From contig OZ004609.1 in NCBI GenBank assembly GCA_963924565.1, forward strand, positions 30,070,001-30,134,000: a stretch of DNA of 64,000 nt. Reading direction: 5' to 3'. Origin of the DNA: Ascidiella aspersa. Taxonomy: Eukaryota. The notes below the pieces were generated by a model that searched no databases, was not told the DNA's origin, and worked only from the letters and a program-made list of their open reading frames with translations. Shown here in pieces: positions 25,978 to 39,000 of this stretch (position 1 is the stretch's first letter; every line of letters begins with the position of its first letter). The position numbers were made by a program, and so were the translations under genes.

Positions 25978-28900
25978 ATGTCGTCGAGGGCAATGCGAAA
26001 ACTGCACGGTCGTGGGGAAGTGATGAGCATCGCTGCTATGAGGGAGGAAAGTAGTGAAGATGAGGAGGAAGATACTGCAGAACAACCTCCAACCATCAAC
26101 AAGTTTTCATTGGTAAGATTTGTGTAATAATATAGTTTTTTTGGAGCATAATGGTTGGAGGTTGTACTAAGATGAAATAAGAATATCAAAGCCCATACAG
26201 AAGTAAGTATCATTTTGAACGTTTCCAATAACTCTTTCTTTCCTTTAGGGGTATTCGAAACATTCAAAATGATACCTACTTCTGTTTTTATCTTGTTTAT
26301 ATATATTTTTTTGGTCTTATCACTTACCAGTTTACTTTAAAATGAGGGTATTTTTTAATTTTAAATTTTGGTACTAATTTGGTTCTTTGTTTACTATTTT
26401 CTTTTTTCAACTAATGTTTTTAAGGCCTAAATACTTTATTTGATAATAAATTATTTCATAAATTGAAATTTGTAACATAACTAGTTGCATATCTTTGTGT
26501 AGATTATCTGAATTTATTTACTCAATAAAATCTCACTCTTTTTGTTCAGTTAAATGATGGAACTGATTCTGGTGCTGATCAGTCGGATGAAGTTCAAAAC
26601 AAAGATATACTGCAAACTGTTTCTAAAACATCAAGCGGGCAAAAACAAAAACGCAAGAAAAAAAAGAAAAAGAAACAAGCAAATCCGAACAGCAAAGACA
26701 CAGTATGTTTTATAGAAGCATTGTAAAAGCATATGTTTCTAAATGTTAGGTAACATGTCAGTATTAATAAAATTAGGTGCTATGGCTCAATCTTTCACCA
26801 ACAAAGTAGTAATTTCAAGTCTATACTATAAGATTTATGATTTGTGTGTTTTTAGTTAAATGAAGACATTGACAAACTGCTGGAAGTTATTGAAGATGAA
26901 CGCGCCAGCACCTCTAAAATATCTGCAAAGTTTTCTTCAAGTGACATGAATTCCAAATCTCTGAGATCTATCCTGACTGTGGAACACAGGTTATTACCTT
27001 CTCTTACTTCATACCATGTGTTGGAATAAATTAGTTAGGTAAAAGACTGCCAATACGGCACTAATGTATATGAGTTCTCTCGACTCGTTCCCTTTTGAGC
27101 CTGCATAGCTCAGTTGGTAGAGCGACGGTCCCGGCTTGACCGGAGGTCGTGAGTTCGAACCTCACTGCAGGCTAGTTGTTTTTCTAGTCTGCCCTGCTTG
27201 CATCATATATCAACAGATTTGGTGAGTCTGCAATGGCTTTCGCTTTACTAATTATAAACCGTAATCGTTAGTCAAAAGCAGCTTCAGAAGGGCTAGATCT
27301 CAGTTATTAACACACATATGTGTGCATGTTTCATTGAATAAATGATGTGGTACTGTGGATCCCCTTCAATGAGGATGCTTGTACTAACAGATTGAGCAAG
27401 CATTGGCTTTAAGGTTGTTTCTCGACTCGTTCCCTTCTGAGCCTGCACAGCTCAATTGGTAGAACGACGGTCCCGGCTTGACCGGAGGTCGTGAGTTCAA
27501 ACCTCACTGCAGGCTAGTTGTTTTTCTAGTCTGCCCTGCTTTCATCATAGATCAACAGATTTGGTGAGTCTGCAATGGCTTTCGGTATACTAATGATATG
27601 TAAGCCGTAATCGTTGGTCAAAAAGCAGCTTCAGAAGGGTTAGATCTCAGTTATTAACACACATATGTGTGCATGTTTCATTGAATAAATGATATGGTAC
27701 TGTGGATCCCCTTCAATGAGGATGCTTGTACTAACAGATTGAGCAAGCATTGGCTTTAAGGTTGTTTCTCGACTCGTTCCCTTCTGAGCCTGCACAGCTC
27801 AGTTGGTAGAGCGACGTGCCCGACTTGACCGGAGGTCGTGAGTTCGAACCTCACTGCAGGCTAGTTGTTTTTCTAGTCTGCCCTGTTGCATCATATATCA
27901 ACAGATTTGGTGAGTCTGCAATGGCTTTCGGTGTACTATATATGAGTTAGGTCTGATTTTTAAGCATATCTTAAAACCTGACTGTTCACAGTTTTTGATC
28001 TCGTAACTTGAAATAACTGTTAGTTAGAGAAAGGTTTGACCATTTAACCCGATATTTATTAATTGAACTGACTGGAATAAAAGTAAATACGTTTTGGATC
28101 TGTAAAACATTTCATACTGAAAGTTGTTTTTTAAAAAAATACTAAAGAAAAAATACAATTTGCTTATCAAATGAGGGATGATGAGACCTATTTTTACAAA
28201 CAAATATAATTGGTACTGGTAGTAAGACATTGTGAAAGACAATACAAACCAAAGGAAATATGTACTTTGTTCAAATATATTTTGTAAATAAAAATAATTT
28301 TTCAAAAGATCTCGACAAAATGTAAATCCACTCTTGACATTAATTATCATGCCATGCTCCTTAAATTAATATTCTAAATATGCAATATTTATTTCCATTG
28401 TATAATTTCCTACAGACTCCTGAATCCCGACAATGAACTGAGGAGGATCTTTGGGTCTCGAGCTCTCATGGAGGATGCATCATTCAGGAGGAGAACGCAA
28501 GGGAGAAGCAACAAGGGGGTCTGGCTCACCCAGCCCCAGAACAACTGGGTGAAGCTTGGGAAGACCGGGATTGACATGAACCTCATGGAAACAGTGAATG
28601 GGTGAGTTGGGTTTGGGTATCTGTAGTTTGTCTTAACGCCTCCTTAGAGAAAACGGTTACTGACAGGAATGTCCAATGTTATTAAATCCAACTTAATACT
28701 AACACTAGGTAGGAGCACTGCTTCTCATACTAAGAGATAATGACACACAATTTTTAAACGAATACTCGCATTTCATCCATGATTACTGATTAGTATTCCA
28801 ACACAGGATTTCATTCTTGAAAAATTCCCAACCTAAGGCAGTTTTATTGATTCCTAATCACTTAAATTGACAGCAAAACGTTTTAAAAAAATATCGGGTG

Positions 28901-31900
28901 CCAGTACTTACATACTAAAAATGTTTACATACTAAAAAATATTTTTTACTAGGTCTAACTCTAAAACATTACAATGTTCAACAATTGACATTGACAGTTG
29001 TTTGTTTTTGTAATTTTCTTTACAGAATCCAATACTTCAAGTACGAGCATTCCAAGGACTACCAGGCCGTCCAGTTCAAGTTTCTTGACGCCGTTGAGAC
29101 TTCTGATCACCGAAACATTGCTGTAAATTGGAAACTGTCTAATTTTATTTCAAATCGGACAATTTTTAGTAGTTTTAACATAAAGCAGTAAATTCCCCAA
29201 ACAGCTCAAATAAAACAATTAAAATACCAACGCAACCCAAAATATTGAACTATAATTTTGAAAGGTTTTATATGTAAATATTCATATACACAAGAACCCT
29301 TCTTACCAACCTGAAGTTAAAAAACATCTAAATGTGTCTAAGTAGAGTAATTTATCTCCATTACTTGAGCACAAGACGCATTCTATCACAAAAATTTAGG
29401 CCTAGTACTTTTTAAATTGAAAAGCACAGTTCAATGTGTTTTTATAAAGATATTTCGCTAATTTTTTATTCTATGGTCTAAATGGGTACAACAATTATGA
29501 TTGTTTAATTTCATTAGTCTGTTCTGGAGAGACACACGTACCACGCCGATTCGCTGGTCACCTTCAGTGACGTCTACAAGATACACGATGACGTCAAGAT
29601 GGCAAGAGAGCTCGTCGGTATGTCGTCATGTTTTTATATTTGGCCTCACAGAAATCTAATTATGGAAACATGCCTAGTTCCTCGGTATACGTAGAGCGAT
29701 TGATTCGGAATAATTTATGATTATGTCTGCGTCAACGTTTAAATTTACGCTTTCTTGTAGAAATACGTTTTGCATTTATTTACATGCAGCCCTTTGCACA
29801 TTTGCCTTACATGTCTTTGAGAATTAATCGTGGCCGTAGATTACATTGCGTAGCAGTGAGCCAATTAATGATACCAACTATAGTGTGGAGCATTTATGCC
29901 ACTACTGTCTTTTAAATCAGTACGAACCGTGCCTACAAATTTAGAGCGGTGCAAATTCAGTCATGTATAACCATCTACTATTGAACTACTTTGTAAAACT
30001 TCCACTTCTTTAAAGTTTGACCTTTTTACTTTTTGCAGAGAGAGCGCTTTTCTGCTTGGAACGTTCGTTTCACACATGTTTCAACCTCACAACCGGCACC
30101 TGTCGTCTGCCCTACAAGTATCAGGAAAATCGGTGAGTAAATTATTCTTAGCGAAAAAGTAGATATTAGCTGACTGGGTGACATTGCGGATAATTAGCTG
30201 AAAGTGATTTCCGATACTTCTTTCGAGTAAAGTTCTACAGCCAAAATTACCGATAATTGCTCTGCATTTTTTTATTTAAACTTAAAAGAAAGACACTTTT
30301 ACTTATTCAAAATGACAATAAATTAGGTTTCAGCTTACCCTGGCGACTTGGTTGTTCCCAAAATTTTCAAGGTCATCTGTAAGAATTTATTTTTAAAATG
30401 TAAACTTACTTGCCATTGCCTTCTTATAACTACTGTCTGCAAGATCGGGTCCATTTAAATACTAATTTCAGATGCTGGCTGTTGTATTTCTTTTTTTTTC
30501 AATGGAACACTTATATACGAAAGCATTTACCAGCACATATTAATGTATTTCCCTACTGTATTTTTTTTTCGCTTGAAGAGTAAAATAGAATGGAAGTAAC
30601 GAATAAATGAAACAAGCATTTATAGCTTGGATAATTGCCAATTTGCATAGACCAATAGTAATCACCACAGGCAAAATAGTAAAGGTATGTGGTACAATTA
30701 ACGAATCACGTGACTGTGAAATACGCGTACGCCATTATTGTCTTAAGGAAAGTACATGAAGCGGGACCACAACACAGGTCAAGGTTAATCCCCTTGTTGT
30801 TTTTTTCACACAAAAAAACAAAGTTTTTTGTTAGTTAACCTTACCAGCCCGTGCAAGTTTTTTTCTTGTTTAATTCAGTTGTTTGTTCCTCGCGTTGTAC
30901 AAGCACATGAACTTCGTGGCGCAGCGAGGTTGCAATCGGACTTCTCTGGAACTTGCTAAAGTTCTGCTCAGGTAACCATACAGTTGACTACTACTAAAAA
31001 CCTTCTTCAGGTTATTGATATTAAATCCTTTATCATCATAATAGCTTTAAACGTTACGTTGACTGCGATTTGTTAGTAGAATATTCGACTTTAGCTGTTA
31101 TTTTTTTGTAATGTTGTTAACTGCTGTTGATGGAATTTTATTTGAAATTCGCAACAAGTCAATAGTGTGGCGCAATATATTGTTGAGTTCTTGGTTAACT
31201 TACATTACACCAACAATTTATTAGAAAATGTTGCTCATTTAATTAAAAAAATGAAATTTTTGGTTTAATCTATTTTTAGGCTTTTCAACGAAATGTGTAA
31301 TTTGGAAAGTTTCGTTATATACCCACTATAGACTTATTTTTTTATTTTGAACAGTCGAATATATTGCAATACTGACATCCGAATGTGTAAAATAATAAAA
31401 TTAGACGTGTTCTTAGGGCCCGTTTTAAAATTGCCAAAGGTCTCTAAAAAATGTTTTAATGTTTATTTTTTTTCTCTTTCTCTCCAGCCTGGATCCCGAC
31501 AACGACCCGCTAGGTGTCACGCTTCTGCTCGATTATTTCGCTTTAAGGGCTGGCGAGTACGACTTCCTCATCAAGTTCGCATCCGAATGGGGGGTAAGTC
31601 GCCGAGAAAAACTTTTGACTAGTTTGTATTTTCTGTTGCTGTTGGCGTCCGTGTCGATTAGCCATAGGGTACAATAAGATTGCGAAAAATAAAGCGGCTG
31701 TGAAATTGTTCCAATCGATTAAAAATGTTTTTTTGGTTTATATAAATTAAATTTTTTTATAAAAATAGACAAAACAATAACAATATCAACAACAAAGAAG
31801 TTTACTAAATGAGGCAGCACGCATAGATAATTGTGGACACTAATAAATTATGTCCCAAACAGGTTTCTTTGGCAATTTTGGATTTTTGTTTCATTTCAAA

Positions 31901-34900
31901 TTAAAAAAATAAAGTTATAAAAAAAACATGAATAGCGAAAAAGTGTAAAAAACAACAAAAATTCTCATGCAGACTTTATATGGCAACGTGCTTAATTATG
32001 ACCACATCTATTCATCTGAACAAATCCCAGCATTATTCTGAACTTGTTGGTTTAATTTGCAGATGAATCGCAACCTGACCCAGCTGCCGAACTGGGCTTT
32101 CTCCATTGCTTTGGCCGAATACCTCCGTGGTTCGACGAAGGAATCGGACGGACGACTGCAGGACGCCCTCATCATGTTTCCATCAGTAAATATTATTGGT
32201 TTTCTGCAATGTTTTTTTACCAGACCCCCCCCCCCCCTGTAAGACAAAAAATTGGTATATGATGTTTTACACTTACACTAAACTATAGGCTTACTTGAGG
32301 CAGCTAAACGTAAGATTCGGTGAAAAAGACATCACGGTCGACAATTTCTTTGTTGAAACTGAGGTGTCCATTGTTAGGTTGCTGTTGAAAGACACTTGTT
32401 ACGTTGTTTGTTGAAAAGTATTATTTTTCATAGGAAATTTACTAGTATGTAAAGGCTAGTCCAAATACTGTGGGTTAAACAAAGCCACAAATTTTTGCGG
32501 ATACTACCAAAGCCCCGATTACAACCCAAAAGCTTCACTGAAACAGAGAAACCTGTTTAGGTTCGCAGCATTTTCTGTGACAAATGGGTGAAGGTATGAG
32601 GAAAAAAGGACGGCCGACTGTTGTTTTTAAACAAATGTCGAATAATATCCACTTTCGTGAAGAACGACATTCGTCGACATGTTTGGAAAACTTCAAGTTT
32701 ATTTTACCAATCATTAAATTTCGACAAGCTATAGTTTATTAAATCGTCCATCGCGCTCCGCCTTTATAGTTATTCAACAAGCTGTACCCCACCGTTCTCA
32801 AAAATACCCCACCCTCAACTCGACTTTATACAAATTATCGGATATCGGCACCAAGCCCCAGACATCTCCACCTTCCTGTTCGTTGCTACAATCTCGAAAA
32901 CGAAAAGCGCCACTCTGTCGCAGACATGTAAGCATAATAGTTGACTTTACGTTCTCGAGCAAGACAGTTTCTGGACTGTACGACAATGACGGCAAACACA
33001 CAAGCAAGTGCTCGCATAAGGCTACAGCTTGTCTCTAACCACGAGATTGCAAACTGTGCTCAAAATGCAGCCCGATTCTCTCGGTATCCACCCGACGAAT
33101 GGCGACGAAATACAACGCAATACGAAACGAAATCCCACACAAATAGATCAAGCAGCGCTGTGAAATTCACGCAAAGTTTTATTCCCCCAGGAAAACCAAG
33201 TGGTGGGTAGCCGATCTTAACGGCGATTCCCTCGGTCAGACGCATTAGTTTGGCACAAAAGGGCTACAACAATTAAATTTGTGACACACTTGCTTCTCTC
33301 AGGTTCTGCTCTCCCTGCTGGAGAAATGTTCGGTGCAGCCGGACAAGAAAGTCACAGACAGCGAGTTTTTCGCCGGCGACTGCTGCCGCCTCGAAAGCTG
33401 TCCGAGCGGCCTCCGCGTTCTTTGTCACCTTTTCGTCGGCCGCAACCACCTGCTCTGGAAGGACCCGGACGTCCTGGCCTGGCTGGAGCGCAACGTCTCC
33501 GCAGCCCTGACCCGCGTGGCCGCCAAGGACCCATTCGTGGCAGAGTGCGCCAAAAAGTAAGCGGGATATATGTTCTAAGAGTTTGTGCGACCGTGCTTTT
33601 TGACGCTATAGTTTGGTTAAGTGCAGCAATGTTTTGGGGTATTTGGATCGTTGTATTTTTTTCATTTTTTATCTGGTTAGAGAACCTGCATTGCCACAAA
33701 TATACTGCTGAAACACGGGGTTTCCACAAAGATATTGCATCTTGAAAAGTCTTTTAATGTATTTAAATTGATTTTTGGGTTGAAAAGTCTTTGAAAAACC
33801 TATATTATTCCAGAAGTATACTATTTTTTATTGTGGTGACTGGTGACCATGGTATTTTCTTTGAAAAGTCTTAAAAATTATTTTTTTTATAAAACTGTGT
33901 GGAAAACCTGTACAGTAACCTTGTTTTGTAGAGCTCGACAGAACAAAACCTGACAAATAAAATAACTTTATGAATTGCTGTTTTAACTACTTTTTATAAT
34001 ATTTGAAAATATATTTCGTAAACGGTTAAGTGTTGGCAATAAGGTCAAACAATGTATATTGTATATACTCCAGTAAAAGTGGCTGCTGTTTAGTATGCTT
34101 CGTTTGCTTCAGTTGTGCTTACGTTACAATACAATCACAAAATGCTTTAGGCGCTTATCAGAATTGTCAGTAACATTCTGTTCGCCACTCACTAACATTT
34201 GCTTATAAACGGCACGAACTCTTTTTGCTTTATACGTCTTATTAAAAACTTTAATTGAAGAACGTTTTGTGTTGTGTAAGGCGGAAAACGCGCTACCAGA
34301 AGCCACCGTTGAACGTCTACCGTCACGCCATGATTTCCGAGATCGAAGGAATTAGCTCTGTGTTACCGCTGGTGGGTGTTGATTTAGTGGCGATTTAAAA
34401 ATCCGTGTCTAGATATTTTTTCCTCTTTTTTGCACTCGTTTTTTTGTAAATAAATTTAAATTTTGCAAAAAAAAAGATATTTTTTTCTCTAATTTTGCAG
34501 GCTTGTGAATTGATTTTCCTGGACCGCAATCTAATTTTTTTTTATAAACAAAATATTATTTAACCATGGTTTAAAACGAGCGTTTTCCTGTCGTTGCAAA
34601 TTTAATTTCATGTTTAATTGAATCTTGCTGCATTATACTGCTGATTAAGGACGACAAACGGCATCTTCTACGCGTCGTGAAGCTTTTTGTTTCGTTTGCA
34701 AACTTGAAACTCGTTTTTAACTGTTTTTTTATTTTTGTTAAAGGAAATACGAATGGGAACGATGCTGAGTCACGACCCTCTTCCCCCTCCCAACACCGTG
34801 ACGTCATACGAAAGACCCCCCAGGTGAGCCTGACTGTGAAGTTGCATTTGGTAAACCCATGGTGGTATAAAGCTATTTAAGAAATTTTAAGATAAAAATA

Positions 34901-36038
34901 TAGTAATATTATAAATGCGAAACTTTACCAGCCTTAGAGTTGGACAATATAAGCACTTTTTAATGTCGCGCTTTAAAACCGTCGCACCACCAAGCATGAA
35001 AACGAACAATATAAACGCTTTCTGTCGTAAATGCAGAATGTCTCCAATACCCTTCGGGCTTTGATAAAATATTTGACTTTAATGACATCAGTAAATGTCT
35101 AGTTAAAAAGAAGTTTTCTTTGAACAGGTTAATGTGTTTGTTTAGTTCGATTTTTTGCCTTGTTATGATATATCCGAAGTAAACATGTCTTCAAATTTTT
35201 CGCACCCTTATATTGGGCGACTTATTGTATGATCTCACGTAATACTAATCATGACTCTACTTCACGACCGTAAACTTAGGTAATCAAAAACCTGTTTAAA
35301 ATTTTGATTTAACCGAGTGACAATATATATACTTGTTCAAAGTTGTAATTTTAAACCTCGCGTATCCATCGATTATCCTATACCAGGGGTGGCCAACACG
35401 CGGCTCGCGAGCCGCATGCGGCTCTTCACCCAGTTATATGTGGCTCTTACGTTCATGTTGCACTTATGATATTTTGGAATGTTTCGATTTTCTTTGGTTG
35501 AGTTATGGAATATTTTCGGTTTCGACTCGGACTGTTTACCTAAAGTAATTGAATTTTGAGTAACACTTTTTAAACAAGATAAACGCAAAAAATGTACCTT
35601 CGCGCGATCGCTTTGTGGGAGTGAGTAAAAATGGAGTGATAGGCTATTCATTTCGTTCCATGTGCGAAAGGTGTGGCTCTTTGCAGTTAACCAAGCAACA
35701 AATGCGGCTCTTGGTATCTGATTGGTTGGCCACCCCTGTCCTATACTATTTCAACTCGATTTTTGCCTTAACTCAGATCTGCGGGCAGCGGTCGAGTCAA
35801 CCCGGTGAGTCTCTTCTTCCACTCGCTACTGCCCGGTTTCAACCCGCAAGACGAGTTGGACCTGCCCGAGTACGATCCAGACGCTGGCGAGGCGCCCGAC
35901 GGCAACGTTGCTAGGCTCCAGGGCAACGTTCAAACCCTAATGAACGCGATGCGCGACCTTCTGCACACTTTTCAATTACCGCCAGACGGCGCCGCGGAGC
36001 CCGAGGACGAGGCCGAATTCGACGACGAGTGGGATTGA
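25978..36038 (+). CDS. TCF25: Ribosome quality control subunit TCF25 (NULP1/Rqc1), 14 exons
   Basis: Exons 25978-26112, 26550-26702, 26856-26989, 28416-28601, 29026-29122, 29518-29617, 30039-30132, 30879-30971, 31488-31593, 32063-32185, 33303-33556, 34281-34371, 34744-34823, 35777-36038. Motifs MSSRAMRKL, VEHRLLNPDNELRRIFG, ERAL..LERSFH, CRLPY..ENR, LSLDPDNDPLG, NLTQLPNWAFS, DPLPP, LFFHSLLP. AATAAA at 36096. Confidence 0.95.
26140..26237. repeat. About 100-bp interspersed repeat, copy 2 (copy 1 at 10011-10108)
   Basis: Direct alignment to 10011-10108. Confidence 0.85.
27067..27948 (+). mobile_element. Tandem 2.5-unit array (period about 345 bp) of a tRNA-headed SINE-like element, flanked by a 10-bp TSD
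   Basis: Units start at ctcgactcg 27079, 27421 and 27768. A box TAGCTCAGTTGG, B box GTTCGAACC. TATATGAGTT occurs at 27067-27076 and 27939-27948. Confidence 0.85.
33715..33911. mobile_element. MITE-like element
   Basis: Imperfect TIRs acggggtttccaca / tgtggaaaacctgt; internal ttgaaaagtctt occurs three times. Confidence 0.5.
35384..35738. mobile_element. hAT (Buster/Charlie-type) MITE
   Basis: TIRs caggggtggccaac / gttggccacccctg; perfect 8-bp TSD tcctatac (35376-35383, 35739-35746). Confidence 0.92.
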
Positions 36039-39000
36039 TCGTTCGCTTGGGTTTTTTCTCCGGAGGGGTTTAGGGAAGATTTTTTAAGTGCAATTAATAA
36101 AAAGTTGTGTGCCGCGCGCGCGCGTCTCTATTAAAGTGAGATTTGTATATGTTTTTTGTCTGCGCTTGCCAGGAAAGCGCAATGGAGGGGAGTTTGTTTT
36201 TACTCGTGTTCGTTTGAAAGCCTGACCACGACAAGTGATGTTATGCACAATTGTGCCCAGATGGAACACATTTTGGTGGCAACAGATGCGAATATTTAGG
36301 ACAGCCGATTGTATAATATAATATTTTTATGTATTTTTTGCCGTTTTTAACTTTTTACGTCATGCACCACGTAAACACCGCATAATGTAAAGTATTATTG
36401 TTGAACTCTAGTCTTTACTAACATAGTGGTTAAAACACGCGGTTAACGAATCACGTGGTCACAAAAAAGTTGTCGTTTACAGCTGACATCTTCACGCGTT
36501 AAATTGCCTTTAAATTATTTCATCAATTTTGTCAAAGTACATCAATCCTTTAAAAGTTCCCAAAGATGTGAAGGTTTCAATGCCTTAAAATAAACTGTCG
36601 TCAAGGTTCCCGAAACTGTTTGCGCTCGATTACTTATCGAACCGAAATTAACAATCTTTGGCGTATTGAGTTGAATGATAAGCTGGATTTTTCAGGTCAT
36701 TGCTGGATTTATAGATCGACCTTGTCAATCGAATTGTCTCCTTAAACGTTCATCGACCTTTCTGCCAACAAAATACATAACTGGAATTCGCATTTCTACG
36801 TATTTGCTCGAGGTCAAGTGAGCGACGTAGCTGTCGCGTGTCGCGAACGTCGCCGTCGTGACAACGCGACACAATATTTTGAAGAAGTAAATGACGTTCC
36901 GCACTGCGTCAACAATCATTGTGTAAACTGATTGCGCCGCCGGCGAAATTCAAAGGTTAACCATCAATCAGAAATATCGCACAAATGTTTTAGTACGATA
37001 TTTTTGCAGAACAAACCGGTATGCCGCCAGTATAGGCAAAATAGTTAACTGATTCGGGTTACAGGTTATTATCTGTAAAACAATTTTGCATTGTCATTGA
37101 AATAGGTAACAAGTCTCCTAAAATGGTATAAAATGTTTTCTTGGAGCGTGGTTCTCAGACAGTTGGTAATTATCTCTAAATCGGAGGTGTGACTTCTTTA
37201 AGCGGTTATTTATTTTCGGGGCATAAATATTGTTGTGTTCTAAAAATTCGGTTAATTAAAATCTACGAATGTTTTTCTTTTTGTTCCTACCTGTTGTAGA
37301 ACGGTTGCGGGAAAATTGATCAACCTTAAAATAGAATTTAGTAAGCAGTGCCACTTGTTTTTTCTGTTCTTGAAATCTACCCAGTCATCAGAAATAACGA
37401 ACCTCAAATTATAAACCAACGTCATACAGAAAATGTTGTTCAAAATTTGATTAGAAGAGAATATGATCTTTGTCCTTAATTTCTTTGCTCCTCCTGAAAA
37501 ACTACCATAATATACAGAATTTAGTCCTCGATGGCCACATACGAATGCGTTCGGCGAAACAACGAACATTGTTTCCAAATTTCTTCCAGCCGTGCCCGAT
37601 TTCAGTGCAAATACGCTCCGTGGCAGTTATTCCCGTCCCTCGATGTGGTGCTGTAAACACCGCAAATCCATCATCGGCTTTTAAAAGGCCGTTTTGCACG
37701 AATAAAACGCAATCACTGTCTTCGGGAGTTTAGACCCGAGAAAACTGTAGCGATTTTTTCGACTTTGCGGCACCCCGAAGTTGACACAGGCGCGTTTGTT
37801 TGAACAACCGCCGTTGTGAATACCCATTTGCGGTCGGAGAGCGTCTACCTTCGCTCTGTTTTAGTGCCGAAACTCACCCGGTAAAGTTTAAGGCTTTGCG
37901 ATGGCCAGCCTGCATCTCTTCACCTGCCTTGGTGTGCTAATAAGGGGAGAGCGGCAGACTGAAAGGTCAAGTTTTTGCACCGTTTGCCTTGTTACTTGAG
38001 AACCATCGACGACTCGACGCAAGTTTAATGCTTTAAGTCAATTATACATCAGCGGCGTTTCAAGTTGAAAACGAAGTAAACGTTCGTCAATCGTGGGTTG
38101 GGAGCGATATGACCGTAATTACTTTCCTTTGTTTCTTAAGGCTTGCTTTATGTTCGTTCTGCCTTTAAAGACCATGGTATGGAACTATTTTTTTTTTCAG
38201 TTTTTCATGTACTTCGATTAATACCAGGGTATACTTATTTCAAATACACTCAGTTAAATAAAGTTGTTTCAACACAGTGAAAAGCAGGAACAAAGTTTAA
38301 TTAGGGTTAAGCTTTGATGACCGTTAGGGAACGTTAATAGGAGACAACGATTTTATTTTAGTATTTTCTGTAAACAAAACCATATCCGTGGTCACAGCTT
38401 TCTATTAAACCCGTTTTACCAAAATTTGAGAGCCCGTTTGGGTCCCTCAAAACACCTTTGTAAAATACACAGAGAAGGAATGGGCTACAGTAAGCATAAA
38501 CACAGGTCGTCCGAAAACGTCCACCTGACAGGATTCAATCGGTCAGCTTACTTGGTCCAGAGTACATTGTATAACTTAAAGCCCTCGGTGTCACTTTTGG
38601 GCGGTTGGTTTTCGATTGGGTTTCTCTGCATACACGCTTGCTAGCAAGGGTTCGGCGGGTCAAGTTGTTCACGCGGTTGCCTAACTGACAAGCGTGACGC
38701 CGCGAATCTATCTTGCACCGTGATACCCTCCCTCGAATGTGCATTAATTTACTGAACATTGGCAGCTCAAGCCACCCTTTTGTTTTTGCGATTTCGATCT
38801 TTTTGGTCAGCTGGGACGTCATCCCTAAATTGCTTGCATTGTCCATTCCATTTTCCTTCTTGTTTTGCACTGCATTTTCAATGAAACTTGCATTACACTC
38901 TTTACGGCGTGCAGTTCTAATCGTGCACAAAAACAAAGAATGGTAACTGCTCCGGGTCACTGACCCTCGCCTTTTCAAACTCAGTCGGTCGGTGACCTTT

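Noticed and set aside
27099-27172. Functional tRNA-Ala(GGC) gene
   Set aside because: Anticodon loop lacks U33 and purine 37, and it is embedded in a dispersed repeat.
27330-27392. HDV-like ribozyme topology in segment B of the array (tcatt/aatga, ctgt/acag, gga/ttc, CC/GG, aCta)
   Set aside because: Can be drawn by hand but lacks the G1 pair and has short P1, P2 and L3. No hammerhead or twister core found either. Needs a descriptor search or cleavage assay.
27067-27948. CRISPR-like array
   Set aside because: Whole 345-bp units repeat with no unique spacers; eukaryotic context.
32760-33245. GC-richer intronic block with several short ORFs
   Set aside because: No recognisable protein, ends or in-frame splice pair; TCF25 exons 10 and 11 join without it.
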